DNA of 64,000 bases, taken from contig SVRW01000002.1 in assembly GCA_015064625.1 (NCBI GenBank), positions 47,987-111,986 of the forward strand. Direction: 5' to 3'. Under the pieces are notes generated by a model. It searched no databases, was not told the DNA's origin, and saw only the letters and a program-made list of their open reading frames with translations. Position 1 is the first letter of the stretch. Each line of letters opens with the position of its first letter. The DNA is from Oscillospiraceae bacterium. Its GTDB lineage: Bacteria > Bacillota > Clostridia > Oscillospirales > CAG-382. A program made the position numbers and the translations under genes. Below are positions 1 through 9,956 of the stretch, piece by piece.

Positions 1-839
1 GTCCTGATGAAGATAAAGAGCTTACTATAGATCTTATAGCAAAGAGAATTGAATCATCTTTCGATATGTTTGTTCTTTTGGAACCTGCTATAAGCGAATT
101 CCCCACAACTACAATGGGCTTTTTGAAGAGCGATGCTCTCCTCAGAGAAAACAAGAATGACGAGCAGCTCGTTTCCATTATTGTTAATGAATATCCTGTT
201 TATGATTTGAATAAACCTATTTATGATGAAAACGGACTTCATAAGATCGATGAGGAAACAGGTAAGCTTCTTTATGAGGAACTTGTAAAACCTGTTATTG
301 ATGAAAAAACAGGTCTTCAGGCTACTGATGAAGATGGCGAACTTCTTTGGGAAAATGTTTACGAATATAAAGTAACGTATACGATCGGTGAAGGCGATAA
401 GGCAAAGAAAATTGAAGATGTTTTGATTCAGCCTACTGAATACCTTGACCTTTATGTATATTGTTCTGATCGTACTTATGCCGAAGAAAATGAAAAAGGT
501 ATTGTTGACAAAGCTTCTGTAAAAGCAACCGTTATTAACAATACGACAAAATATGATTTTATCAACATTTATGTTGTTGAAAATAACCTTATGACAGAAG
601 AAGAAAAAGAGGCTCTTGCTAAGGAAGAAGCCCTCAGAGAATCTGAAGGTAAGGAAAAGAGAGAAGATCTCACAATTCCAAGATGGACTATCGATACAGA
701 AAAATCCACAATGGATAAAATAAATGTAATAACAACAACGGATGTTGCAAATTATATTGCAAATGGCGAAGAAGTTTCGGAAGAATCTTCAATGGTTTCT
801 GAAGTAGTTTCTGAAGAGAGCGTAGACGCTGCAGCATAA
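1..839 (+). CDS. Hypothetical acidic protein, 5'-truncated by the window edge; immediately upstream of the pseudopilin genes
   Basis: Frame 3 is open from nt 3 to the TAA at 837-839. Glu/Asp/Ser-rich C-terminus. No family motif recognised. Confidence 0.5.
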   Translation, partial: PDEDKELTIDLIAKRIESSFDMFVLLEPAISEFPTTTMGFLKSDALLRENKNDEQLVSIIVNEYPVYDLNKPIYDENGLHKIDEETGKLLYEELVKPVIDEKTGLQATDEDGELLWENVYEYKVTYTIGEGDKAKKIEDVLIQPTEYLDLYVYCSDRTYAEENEKGIVDKASVKATVINNTTKYDFINIYVVENNLMTEEEKEALAKEEALRESEGKEKREDLTIPRWTIDTEKSTMDKINVITTTDVANYIANGEEVSEESSMVSEVVSEESVDAAA

Positions 840-961
840 TTAAAATTTAAGAAAATCAAGTTCAAGATTCTCCCATTAGGAGGGTCTTGAACTTGGATAT
901 ATAAAAATTAGTTCAGCTTCATGCTTAAGATGTATTTTGTACCATATAGGGGATGATATTT

Positions 962-2275
962 ATGTGCTTTATGAACAGTCAAAAAAAATTGAATATAAAC
1001 AAAAAAGGCTTTTCTTTGATAGAGCTTCTTGTTGCTGTTGCAATATTTGCCATAATTACTCCTGTATTGGTTGAAGGCTTTATTTATGCTTCTAAGCTTA
1101 ACTATCGTTCCCGTTTGCAGCAGAGAGTTGATTCTGCTGCCAACTCTGTTTACGAAGGCATTTCTTCTGTTAAGTACGAAGATCTCGAACACTATCTTTC
1201 TGAAGAAAATGGGTGGACGGATGTCTTTAAGGACGGGGATGGTAACTATACGGCTTCAAGGGTGCATCAATTGCAGGAAGGTGATACTCTTGACGATTGC
1301 AAGATTACAGTTGCAATTACGAAGTATTCTGAATCTTACGTAGTTCCAAATTTGAACTTAATAGGAGTTAACAGCGATTATCTCACACTTGTAGATGAAA
1401 TAAATGAATCTGACGGTGTTGTAGCTGAAAGAATTGAGCAGTACATAAAAACAAATGAAGGAATAAAAACGAAGATCAAGGAAGATATAAAATCCAAATC
1501 TAACGGAAAAATTACTTCAATAGACCAAATTAAATCTTCAGATATTATTGTTGAGTGCGGAAAAATAAATACAGATATAATTTCGAAACAAACTAATATT
1601 ATACTTGATTTAGAAGAATATAATTACAATGAAGGTATATACAAATTTGTAGTTGATTATAATACCCAGTACAGATATCCTGCTGCAATCGCTAATCCTG
1701 ATTTGGACAGTTCAACTTTGAAGATTCCTTATAGTTATTCTCAAAATCATGGTGGAAAATGGATTTCTCTCAAAGAAGAAGTTGATATTGGTACATTTAC
1801 TTTCCCTGCAAGCTCGGGCGAGATATTTGTTTACACTGATAAAAATGAAGCACAGAATATGTTTATTTATTATAATCCTTTGTCAAGAATGGATTGGGTT
1901 GATATTAAATCAAATGATATAGGTATGAAACATAATGTATTTTTTGTTGAGCAAAACACGTTGGGTGTAGATACTCTTTGCATTGGAGATACTGCAGAAG
2001 AAACAAACAATAACTTTAATTTTACAGATGCAAATAAATCGGATGATGGGCGTTCACCTACAGAATTGCAGCAAGGAAATACGATAGTAAGTATTTATTC
2101 AAATAATAAAAATATCTCGAAAAACGGAATTCCTGATTCAATATATGAATCATCAGAAAAGCAAGAAAATTTATATAGAGTTCAGGTTAACGTTACGTAT
2201 GATTCTTCAATTTTTGCTGAAGTATCAGGCGAATTTAAAGCAGGCGGCGGAACTGTAGGGAATTACGGAAAATAA
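962..2275 (+). CDS. Type IV pilin-like (pseudopilin) protein with prepilin N-terminal cleavage/methylation domain
   Basis: N-terminus ...NKKG/FSLIELLVAVAIFAII is a class III signal (G-F-S-L-I-E plus hydrophobic helix). GGGGA lies 9 nt before ATG 962; the ORF opens at 953, so the start is uncertain. Confidence 0.75.
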   Translation: MCFMNSQKKLNINKKGFSLIELLVAVAIFAIITPVLVEGFIYASKLNYRSRLQQRVDSAANSVYEGISSVKYEDLEHYLSEENGWTDVFKDGDGNYTASRVHQLQEGDTLDDCKITVAITKYSESYVVPNLNLIGVNSDYLTLVDEINESDGVVAERIEQYIKTNEGIKTKIKEDIKSKSNGKITSIDQIKSSDIIVECGKINTDIISKQTNIILDLEEYNYNEGIYKFVVDYNTQYRYPAAIANPDLDSSTLKIPYSYSQNHGGKWISLKEEVDIGTFTFPASSGEIFVYTDKNEAQNMFIYYNPLSRMDWVDIKSNDIGMKHNVFFVEQNTLGVDTLCIGDTAEETNNNFNFTDANKSDDGRSPTELQQGNTIVSIYSNNKNISKNGIPDSIYESSEKQENLYRVQVNVTYDSSIFAEVSGEFKAGGGTVGNYGK

Positions 2276-2330
2276 ATTAGTTTCAAAGCATAGAAAACTA
2301 CTGATAAAGCCGAACAACAGAAGGCAGCTT

Positions 2331-2996
2331 ATGAAAAATATTAAAAAAATTCAGTTTAATAATTTAATAACGAAATCCTCTGACGAGCTCAACGCTTTGA
2401 AGAAAAGCAGAAAATCTGGTTTTACTCTTATTGAGCTTATTGTCGTTGTTGCTGTAATAGCGCTTCTTGTTGCTTTTTCTACAGCTACGTTTGTTTCTGT
2501 TACAAGAAGAAAGGCTACCAGAGTCGGTAAACTTATTGACAGCGAATTAACGTTACTTGCATCTAACACGTATTCAAGAGAAGGACAGTGGAGATTAGTA
2601 TTTGAATACGATCCCAAAGAAAAAGTATACGTTATGATTCAACAATTCAACATCGCTGAAAAACCTAAAGATGATGTCGAAGATGATGATTTGACCGATG
2701 GTCAGGATAACAAAATGAATGATGAATGGAATGACCAGTGGAATGATTTTTCGAGAACTCCTCTTTCGCCATCCGTGGAATTGAGCTTTGGCGATGATGA
2801 TTTTGACGAATCAGATAATAAGGACACTTATTATATTTCATTGTCCAGAGAAAAGGGATGCTATTTATCTGAAGGTGTTTTTGCAGAAGATTCTTTTGAA
2901 GGTGAATTCAATGGAAATATATATGTTCGCTCTGCAAATAAGGTTGTAACGATTCATATGTCGAAAGAATCGGGCGGACATAGAGTTGTTGATTAA
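2331..2996 (+). CDS. Type IV pilin-like (pseudopilin) protein
   Basis: RKSG/FTLIELIVVVAVIALLVAF prepilin motif with Glu5. Acidic central region. Confidence 0.75.
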   Translation: MKNIKKIQFNNLITKSSDELNALKKSRKSGFTLIELIVVVAVIALLVAFSTATFVSVTRRKATRVGKLIDSELTLLASNTYSREGQWRLVFEYDPKEKVYVMIQQFNIAEKPKDDVEDDDLTDGQDNKMNDEWNDQWNDFSRTPLSPSVELSFGDDDFDESDNKDTYYISLSREKGCYLSEGVFAEDSFEGEFNGNIYVRSANKVVTIHMSKESGGHRVVD

Positions 2997-3066
2997 GATT
3001 ATTGAGTTATTATGTATAGCGTAATAAGTAAATTTACGTTTAGGGTCAGGAAAGGCATGAACAGTT

Positions 3067-5871
3067 ATGGCACAAAAGAATTATAAAACTAAAATTATGA
3101 ATCCTGAAAAAATAAAATATTCAAATAGCGTATGGTGTTTTAATAAAAAAGGCTCTTCTCTTATTCTTACGCTTGTTGTTATATCTCTTATTGCCATAAT
3201 TTCCACTCTTGCCCTTGCGTTGTCATTGAATGCATATAAAGCAAGCGTTCAAAATAAGTGGGCTGATGAGGATTTTTATTATTGCGAAGAATGTGTTAAC
3301 GATATTTACGGAATACTTGTTGCTGAAACAAATGATATTTTTCTTGAAAACTATAAACAAGTTCTATCCTTGTTTACGACTGAAACACCTGATTTAATAA
3401 ATGAAGCTTTTCGTGAAGGTGTGAAAAGAAGCTTTGAGTTGAATTTTGGCTCAAATGAAAATTCTTTGATTATTGCATTGAATAGGCATAATGTTGAAGC
3501 GACAGATAATGAGGGGAACGTAATAGGCGAGTTAAATGTCACTTTTGATAGCAACTATCTTGACGAAGAAAGATACGTTTTCAAGGATGTATGTGTTGAG
3601 TTTAAAAACTCTTCCAGATCCGGCGAATCAAGAAAATTTTATGCTTCCATTACAACGGACTTGATTATTGATATTCCGAATCTTGTTCCTTCAATAAGAA
3701 ATGATGGAGAAGGTTCTCTTGAGTATGTATTTGTTTCGGGGAAAGATTTAAAATTTGGCGGAGAGGCTTCAATTACGGGAAATATATACGCAGGTAACAA
3801 TCTTGTTGTAGATTCTACTGCAAAAAACGTTAATTTATTTTCTGATTATATTACTGTTTGCAATCAGTTAGAGAATAATGGCAAACTTTTAGTTTCAGGA
3901 TCATCCACGTCTGCAAACATATGGTGTAAAGATATTGTTCTTAACAATAATGGTTCATTCACAGCAATTTCTGGAAATATGTTTGTGAATGATAACTTGC
4001 AGATAAACGGACAAAACTGCACTGTACAGCTTTCAGGAAAATATTACGGATATGCAGATGGCTCTAAGGAAACGTACTATGATGAATATAAAAGTATGTC
4101 TATTCCTACAAGCAGTGCAATTCTTGTTAACGGACAGGGAACTCGTCTTGATATGACAGGCATTGAAGAGCTTCTTATAAGAGGTCATTCTTTCTTCCCG
4201 CTTGATAGTAATGGTGAAAACTACAGTGGTTCAGAATCCCTTGCAACGATCGTTAGCCAAAGCATGTATATGGTAGATGCTAAATATATTAAAGAAGATC
4301 ATAATAAAGTAACAATTGGAAGTAAATCCATCGGCTTTGAAGACATTATATTTGACGGACAGACTCTTGAAGAGCTTCTTGATAAGGGGTATATATTGGT
4401 TACTGGCGGTGTTAACATTGCTGAAGTATCTGATATAACAGGTATTACAGAAGGTACTTTTGCTTCTGGATATCTTTCAAATACGGAGATAAAAGATAAT
4501 GAAGAAAAAGTTGTTGGTTACGATATAGTCAGATTAAAATGTTTTGATAACAAATATTGCTGTCTCTATTGGAATTTTAATTCATACGATACATTAAAAG
4601 ACCTCGGTTCTGATGTTGTAAGTAGTGAATATATTGCTGACTTGGGTGCAGGTGCAAATATAACCGTTGGCAATAATAAAATAATCAATTTTAACTCAAT
4701 TAAAGTTTATTATGGTGATAAACAGCTTGAAATTAACGATGATGCAATTACGGCTGAAACTATTTTCAATGCACCGGTGGATGGAAGCAACCCAAATGCA
4801 GAGCAAACTTATCAGCTTGTAGATTCTCTTGATAATAAGTATAACTTTAATTACGTATCAGGTAAAAAGCTTCCAAATGATATGTTGTCGTCATTGTCTA
4901 ATTACCTCAATGATTCTGAACCAGTAAGGGCGGTTGTTGTATCGACCAAATCTGACACTAATGACGTATATAATTATGAATTGCGCTTTTACTGGAATTT
5001 TGATTCTGAAAAATTTAAAGACCAAGGTTCTGGTGATAAATTCATTTCTGCTTGTATAGAAGCGGGATTGATTAACGGTTTTCTTGAAAATTTCATGGAT
5101 GGCGGATATATTAAAATCAGTGGTGATGCAAATGTCAGCACGAAAGCAGATCTTTATGAATATATTGCAGACGCTGACGGATATATTGCCCAAAAGTATG
5201 GCGATTTTACAAATTCTTTGTTTGATTCCCCATTTTTTGCCAAGAACTTTTCAGATTCATATAAATGGTATAGGACAACTTTGACACCTAAAAAATATGA
5301 TCCAATTAAAGCACTTCTTCCTTTTGGTGATGATCATAAGATTTCTTCAAAATATTCATTGTTTGAACGTCAGTCATCTTGTTATAACAATTCAACGAAA
5401 AAAGTAGAAGAAGTTAGATATATTGATTTTTCAGAAATAAATGGAATTTCTGGTTATAATGAGATTTCTGCTGATAATTACAAGATTCTTATTGTAAACG
5501 GAGATCTTGAAATTATAAACGGTGTATGGACTTCTGGCGGTAGCATCATTTATCAGGGTGTAGATGCTTTCCACGGTATGATATTTGTTAATGGAAACGT
5601 CAGAATTGATTCGGACATAAAATTCCGTGGAATGATAATATCTGACGGCGAAGTTAATGTTTCCAAAGGTGATTTCGTTTATGATGTTGATATCGTTGAA
5701 GAATGTCTTGAGAACATAAAAAATACTTCGGCAACGGAAGCTCATAGATGGGAGACACTCGTTTCTGATGAATTTTATACACGCAAGAGCGTTGAGATAA
5801 CAGGTTCATCTTCGCTCAATGCAGTTGACTGTATAAGATATGAAAACTGGACAAGAAACAGAGATAAATAG
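3067..5871 (+). CDS. Very large (934 aa) pilus-associated protein with a pilin-like hydrophobic N-terminus lacking Glu5 (GspK/PilX-like minor pilin or tip adhesin)
   Basis: NKKGSSLILTLVVISLIAIISTLALALSL. It sits between canonical pseudopilin genes. There is no Glu at +5, as in GspK-type minor pseudopilins. Confidence 0.55.
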   Translation: MAQKNYKTKIMNPEKIKYSNSVWCFNKKGSSLILTLVVISLIAIISTLALALSLNAYKASVQNKWADEDFYYCEECVNDIYGILVAETNDIFLENYKQVLSLFTTETPDLINEAFREGVKRSFELNFGSNENSLIIALNRHNVEATDNEGNVIGELNVTFDSNYLDEERYVFKDVCVEFKNSSRSGESRKFYASITTDLIIDIPNLVPSIRNDGEGSLEYVFVSGKDLKFGGEASITGNIYAGNNLVVDSTAKNVNLFSDYITVCNQLENNGKLLVSGSSTSANIWCKDIVLNNNGSFTAISGNMFVNDNLQINGQNCTVQLSGKYYGYADGSKETYYDEYKSMSIPTSSAILVNGQGTRLDMTGIEELLIRGHSFFPLDSNGENYSGSESLATIVSQSMYMVDAKYIKEDHNKVTIGSKSIGFEDIIFDGQTLEELLDKGYILVTGGVNIAEVSDITGITEGTFASGYLSNTEIKDNEEKVVGYDIVRLKCFDNKYCCLYWNFNSYDTLKDLGSDVVSSEYIADLGAGANITVGNNKIINFNSIKVYYGDKQLEINDDAITAETIFNAPVDGSNPNAEQTYQLVDSLDNKYNFNYVSGKKLPNDMLSSLSNYLNDSEPVRAVVVSTKSDTNDVYNYELRFYWNFDSEKFKDQGSGDKFISACIEAGLINGFLENFMDGGYIKISGDANVSTKADLYEYIADADGYIAQKYGDFTNSLFDSPFFAKNFSDSYKWYRTTLTPKKYDPIKALLPFGDDHKISSKYSLFERQSSCYNNSTKKVEEVRYIDFSEINGISGYNEISADNYKILIVNGDLEIINGVWTSGGSIIYQGVDAFHGMIFVNGNVRIDSDIKFRGMIISDGEVNVSKGDFVYDVDIVEECLENIKNTSATEAHRWETLVSDEFYTRKSVEITGSSSLNAVDCIRYENWTRNRDK

Positions 5872-5932
5872 TACGAAATTGAGTTCGTTCAACTCGAAAT
5901 CAAATTATTGATTTATGACCAAGGAGCAATTT

Positions 5933-6667
5933 ATGCAAGATACAGTATGCATTAACAATAAAAAAGTGAATAAAAAAGGCTTCACTCTTGTTGAGCTTCT
6001 TGTTTGTGTGGCTATCATGGCCGTGATTGCCTTAACGCTTGCTCAGTTTGTTGCATCCTCTACGGGAGCATATCGTAGAGCATCCGGCATTACTAAAATG
6101 CAAGAGTCATGTCAGGACGCTCTGAATCAGATTTCTAACATTGTCAGAAACTCCACAAGTCTTACAATAACCAAAGAAGCATACGCTGAGACTGGGAAAA
6201 GCAAGATTACTATGACTTCCAAAGGTTATATGGTTGATGGAGTTAGCAAAACAATTCTTCTTGTATACGTTCCTGGGAATGATAAGAAAGATGATTACGG
6301 CAAGATATACGTAGATTATGATTACGATGCTAATGCAGAGGAAAAGTATGACGAGCTTTTGCTGACAGATATGGTAAAGGATTTCAATGTGAGTCTTTCA
6401 ACTTATAAGGATGCAAACGGAGAAATTATTACTCAGAATAGAACTGTCGATATTTTCATCGTTCTTGAAAAGAATGAAAAGGAATATACACAAACGTATA
6501 AAGCCTCCTTGCGCAATTCAAGCTCGGAAGGTCAGACAACGGAATTAAAGATTCAAATAAATGATAAAAATCAAATGAATCCAACTCCCGATTCGGAAAA
6601 AAATGATGGTACGGGTGAAAACAATGAACCTGTCGTTGATGATGAGCAGGTCGAAAATGATGAATAA
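5933..6667 (+). CDS. Type IV pilin-like (pseudopilin) protein
   Basis: NKKG/FTLVELLVCVAIMAV motif. AAGGAG lies 6 nt before ATG 5933; the ORF opens in frame at 5915. Confidence 0.75.
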   Translation: MQDTVCINNKKVNKKGFTLVELLVCVAIMAVIALTLAQFVASSTGAYRRASGITKMQESCQDALNQISNIVRNSTSLTITKEAYAETGKSKITMTSKGYMVDGVSKTILLVYVPGNDKKDDYGKIYVDYDYDANAEEKYDELLLTDMVKDFNVSLSTYKDANGEIITQNRTVDIFIVLEKNEKEYTQTYKASLRNSSSEGQTTELKIQINDKNQMNPTPDSEKNDGTGENNEPVVDDEQVENDE

Positions 6668-6704
6668 ATAAAGGCGCAGGTTTGAACTTAAACAGAGCAA
6701 TAAT

Positions 6705-6733
6705 AAACGGGGCGAAACTGCCCCGTTTATTTC
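6705..6733 (+). terminator. Rho-independent terminator of the pilin operon
   Basis: AAACGGGG (6705-6712) pairs with CCCCGTTT (6721-6728), followed by a T-rich tail. Confidence 0.7.
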
Positions 6734-6883
6734 GTGTAATATGTGTTGTTTCATATTATTTTAGTAAGAAGAAATATAAATAAAGATAATAATATATAAA
6801 TATATAAAATCGAATGTTTGACGGCAAAACTCAGTTGATAATTTCGGTTAACTTTAGTCTTTTTTTGAAAGGAGGTGTGATAT

Positions 6884-7687
6884 ATGGGAATTATCGAGTT
6901 GTTTCACAGTAATAAAAATCAAAGAACGGATGAAATTGATAGAGGCTTACCCCGTGCGGTGGCGTTTGTTGATTATGAGCATTGGTATATATCTTTAAAG
7001 AACAATTTTGGCATGAAGCCAAATATAAAGGGTTGGTTTGAGGATTTGAAGTCCCGTGTGACTTTGACTGAAGCCGTGTTTTTCGCAGACTTTTCGCATA
7101 AAAGTCTTGCTGATGAAATCAAAAGAATAAGATTGTATTCAAACACTATAATTGATACGAGAAATGTGGGAACTAACGTGAAAAAGGATTTTACCGATTT
7201 TATTATTCTTGACCACATTTACCAGAAAGCTCTTTCCGCAAACGATATTGACGTATTTATCTTATTTTCGGGCGACGGGCATTTTAGCTCTGTTGTTTCA
7301 TTCTTGAAAAACTTCCGTGGAAAAGAAGTTGGAATTTACGGAATCAAAGATTCTTTTTCCAGACAGCTTAAAGAAACTGCAAACTGGTTTGTTTCTCTGC
7401 CAACGGAGAGCGACCAATACGGTATGTGTGCAAGCTTGATTTTTGATGCATTGAAGGAAGCACAGTTGTCAAATTCCAAGGTGTTACCAACGTATAAGAA
7501 TATCACGGATAAAATTCTTTCCACAAAGCGTGTAAATGCTCAACGGCTTGAAAGCGTTTTAAAAAAACTTATTTCAGACGGAGTTATCACAGAGCGAAAA
7601 ATTAACCTTACAAAGAAAGACAACGGAAAACCTTGCTTGTTCGTCGATTGGGAAAAAGCAGAACAGTTTATGAACTTCGATGATTGA
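6884..7687 (+). CDS. NYN (LabA-like, PIN-fold) domain protein
   Basis: AVAFVDYEHW ... ILFSGDGHFSSVV matches the NYN/DUF88 acidic-residue layout. Strong GGAGGTG RBS. Confidence 0.6.
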   Translation: MGIIELFHSNKNQRTDEIDRGLPRAVAFVDYEHWYISLKNNFGMKPNIKGWFEDLKSRVTLTEAVFFADFSHKSLADEIKRIRLYSNTIIDTRNVGTNVKKDFTDFIILDHIYQKALSANDIDVFILFSGDGHFSSVVSFLKNFRGKEVGIYGIKDSFSRQLKETANWFVSLPTESDQYGMCASLIFDALKEAQLSNSKVLPTYKNITDKILSTKRVNAQRLESVLKKLISDGVITERKINLTKKDNGKPCLFVDWEKAEQFMNFDD

Positions 7688-7748
7688 AATTTTCACAAAC
7701 GTATGCTCGTTACGTAGAGTCTGAAAGTATATAAAATCAAACAAATTA

Positions 7749-7791
7749 AAGGGATATGGTAAAACGAATTAAATCGTTTACTATATCCCTT
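7749..7791. terminator. Long hairpin between the convergent NYN gene and mutL (bidirectional terminator candidate)
   Basis: AAGGGATAT (7749-7757) pairs with ATATCCCTT (7783-7791). An inner AAACGA/TCGTTT stem is also present. Confidence 0.5.
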
Positions 7792-7823
7792 GATTTTAAT
7801 ATTTTAATTTATTATGTTAAAAA

Positions 7824-9944
7824 CTACCTGTCGAAAAATTTTTCTATTTCTCTTTTTGGAATTTTTTTAACTATAGGTCTGCCATGGGGGCAAAGCTGGA
7901 GGCTTTTGTCGGAGATGAGCTTTTCAACGAGGACTTCAAGCTCTTCATTTTTTGACGGTGGGCCTAACTTAATAGCCGCTTTGCAGGCTAAAGTATACAA
8001 CGCTCTGTCGCAACGCTTGGAGAATGAAAGTCTGTCGCCTAAAGCTAAATTTGCGGCAAATTCGTCAAGGAGTGCTTCGAGCCCGTTTATACCCGTTAAC
8101 GTTGCGGGAATTGCCCTGACCGCAACGGAATCGTTTCCGAAACTGTCAATTTCAAATCCGTAGGATAAAAGAAGTTCACTGTTTTCAAGGAGAATTTCCG
8201 TTGCTTCAACGCCAGGACGAACAACGTGAGGCGATAAGAGAAGCTGTGATTGAGCAGACGTTCTTTTGCTTGCAAGGTCTTCGTAAAGAATTCGTTCGTG
8301 TGCGGCATGCTTGTCAATGAGCAATAAGGCACTTTCCGTCTCCGCTATGATATATCCACCGAAAGCCTCGCCTATAACCTTGAAAGCGGGAAGCTGTGAT
8401 TTAACGTCCTGTTCAAGCTGAACAGCCGTGTTATCAATTGTGAATTGAGTCGGTTGGGCAGGGGAGGAAGTTGACTCAACAGTTTCAAAAGATGATTTTA
8501 ACTCGGCAGTATCTTCTGAGGCAAAATTAGATTTTGCATCGTTTTCGTCTGAAGCTAAGTCAGAAGTTGATTCGGAGTTAGTTTTTGATACAAAATCCGA
8601 TTTTGAATCGTGAACGTTGCTATTTGGAACGCAAGAAAGCTTTGTACCTTTAGCAATTTCTTCTTGTCTTTTTGCTATCTCCTCGGTAAGAGGTCGGGAA
8701 ATAAAATCAGACTCCTTGTTTCTTTCCGCTTTTTTGACTCTTTCTTCAAAGGATTCTTTAAGAGGAACGTTGGGGTCTCTTAAGAAAATATAGCTTCCTT
8801 GGGGTTTTCTGTCTGTATAAATGTCATATGCTAAAGGAGTTGGCTTTTTAGGAATTTTGTTTTCAATGGAAAAAACAGATTCAGACGAACGTTCATTTGA
8901 AGGTTCGGTTATTTTTCCTTTGACAGATGAGTCTTCTGCTACAAAAGAAATATCTGTGGATTCTCCTCTCAAAGCCGTAAGAACGGAAGAATAAACCGCA
9001 TTGAAAATTTTTCTGTCGTCCGCAAATTTTATTTCCGTTTTTGCGGGATGAACGTTAACGTCAACGGATTTTGGCGGAACTTCAATTTTTAAAACAGCCG
9101 CGGGGAAGCGTTTGGGAGGCATATATGACTTGAACGCCTGTTCCAACGCTGCCATTATTTGTGTCGATTGAACAGGTCTGCCGTTTACGAAAAAATACTG
9201 TCCGCTTCTGCTTCCTCTCGATTCACCAGGCTTGGAAATATATCCGCCAACGGTGATTCCATCGTAAACGCTAGCGACGGCTGTAAGAGAATTTGCGAAT
9301 TCTTTTCCCAAAGTTGCGTATATGGCAGAATATAAATCTCCATCCCCTGGGGTTATAAATTTAACAGTTCCGTCGGATACCATTTTGAATGATATTTCGG
9401 GATGTGAAAGAGCGGCTTTTGCAACAACGCTTGTGATAGCGGATGCTTCAGATGTATCCTTACGCATGAATTTTCTTCTGGCGGGAACGTTGTAAAACAA
9501 ATCATTTACAGTAATAACAGTTCCGTCGGGTGAGCCGTCTTCCGTTATTTCAACACCGTTTTCATCTGATGTCAGCTTGTGACCGATGGGAGAGTCTTTC
9601 GTTTTTGAAAGAATTTCAAGGCGTGAAACGGAGGAGATTGCCGCCAACGCTTCACCACGGAATCCCAAGGTCAGAACACCGTCAAGATCGTCTGCGGTAA
9701 GAATTTTACTTGTAGCGTGGGGGAGAATAGCTTTTGGAAGGTCTTCTCCCGAAATACCTTTTCCATCGTCAGTGATTCGGATGAAAACGTTTCCGCCACC
9801 TCTGATTTCACAGCTTATATGGGAAGCATCAGCATCTATTGAATTTTCAAGCATTTCTTTTACAGCGGAGGCAGGTTTTTCCACAACCTCGCCTGCGGCT
9901 ATCATATTAGCCGTTTGGGTATCTAAAATATTTATTATTCCCAC
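7824..9944 (-). CDS. mutL: DNA mismatch repair endonuclease MutL
   Basis: IAAGEVVEKPASAVKEMLENSIDA and GFRGEAL (GHKL ATPase). C-terminal DKHAAHERILYE endonuclease motif. GTG start with an AAGAGG RBS. Confidence 0.95.
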   Translation of the reverse strand: MGIINILDTQTANMIAAGEVVEKPASAVKEMLENSIDADASHISCEIRGGGNVFIRITDDGKGISGEDLPKAILPHATSKILTADDLDGVLTLGFRGEALAAISSVSRLEILSKTKDSPIGHKLTSDENGVEITEDGSPDGTVITVNDLFYNVPARRKFMRKDTSEASAITSVVAKAALSHPEISFKMVSDGTVKFITPGDGDLYSAIYATLGKEFANSLTAVASVYDGITVGGYISKPGESRGSRSGQYFFVNGRPVQSTQIMAALEQAFKSYMPPKRFPAAVLKIEVPPKSVDVNVHPAKTEIKFADDRKIFNAVYSSVLTALRGESTDISFVAEDSSVKGKITEPSNERSSESVFSIENKIPKKPTPLAYDIYTDRKPQGSYIFLRDPNVPLKESFEERVKKAERNKESDFISRPLTEEIAKRQEEIAKGTKLSCVPNSNVHDSKSDFVSKTNSESTSDLASDENDAKSNFASEDTAELKSSFETVESTSSPAQPTQFTIDNTAVQLEQDVKSQLPAFKVIGEAFGGYIIAETESALLLIDKHAAHERILYEDLASKRTSAQSQLLLSPHVVRPGVEATEILLENSELLLSYGFEIDSFGNDSVAVRAIPATLTGINGLEALLDEFAANLALGDRLSFSKRCDRALYTLACKAAIKLGPPSKNEELEVLVEKLISDKSLQLCPHGRPIVKKIPKREIEKFFDR

Positions 9945-9956
9945 TTTTTTACCTCT

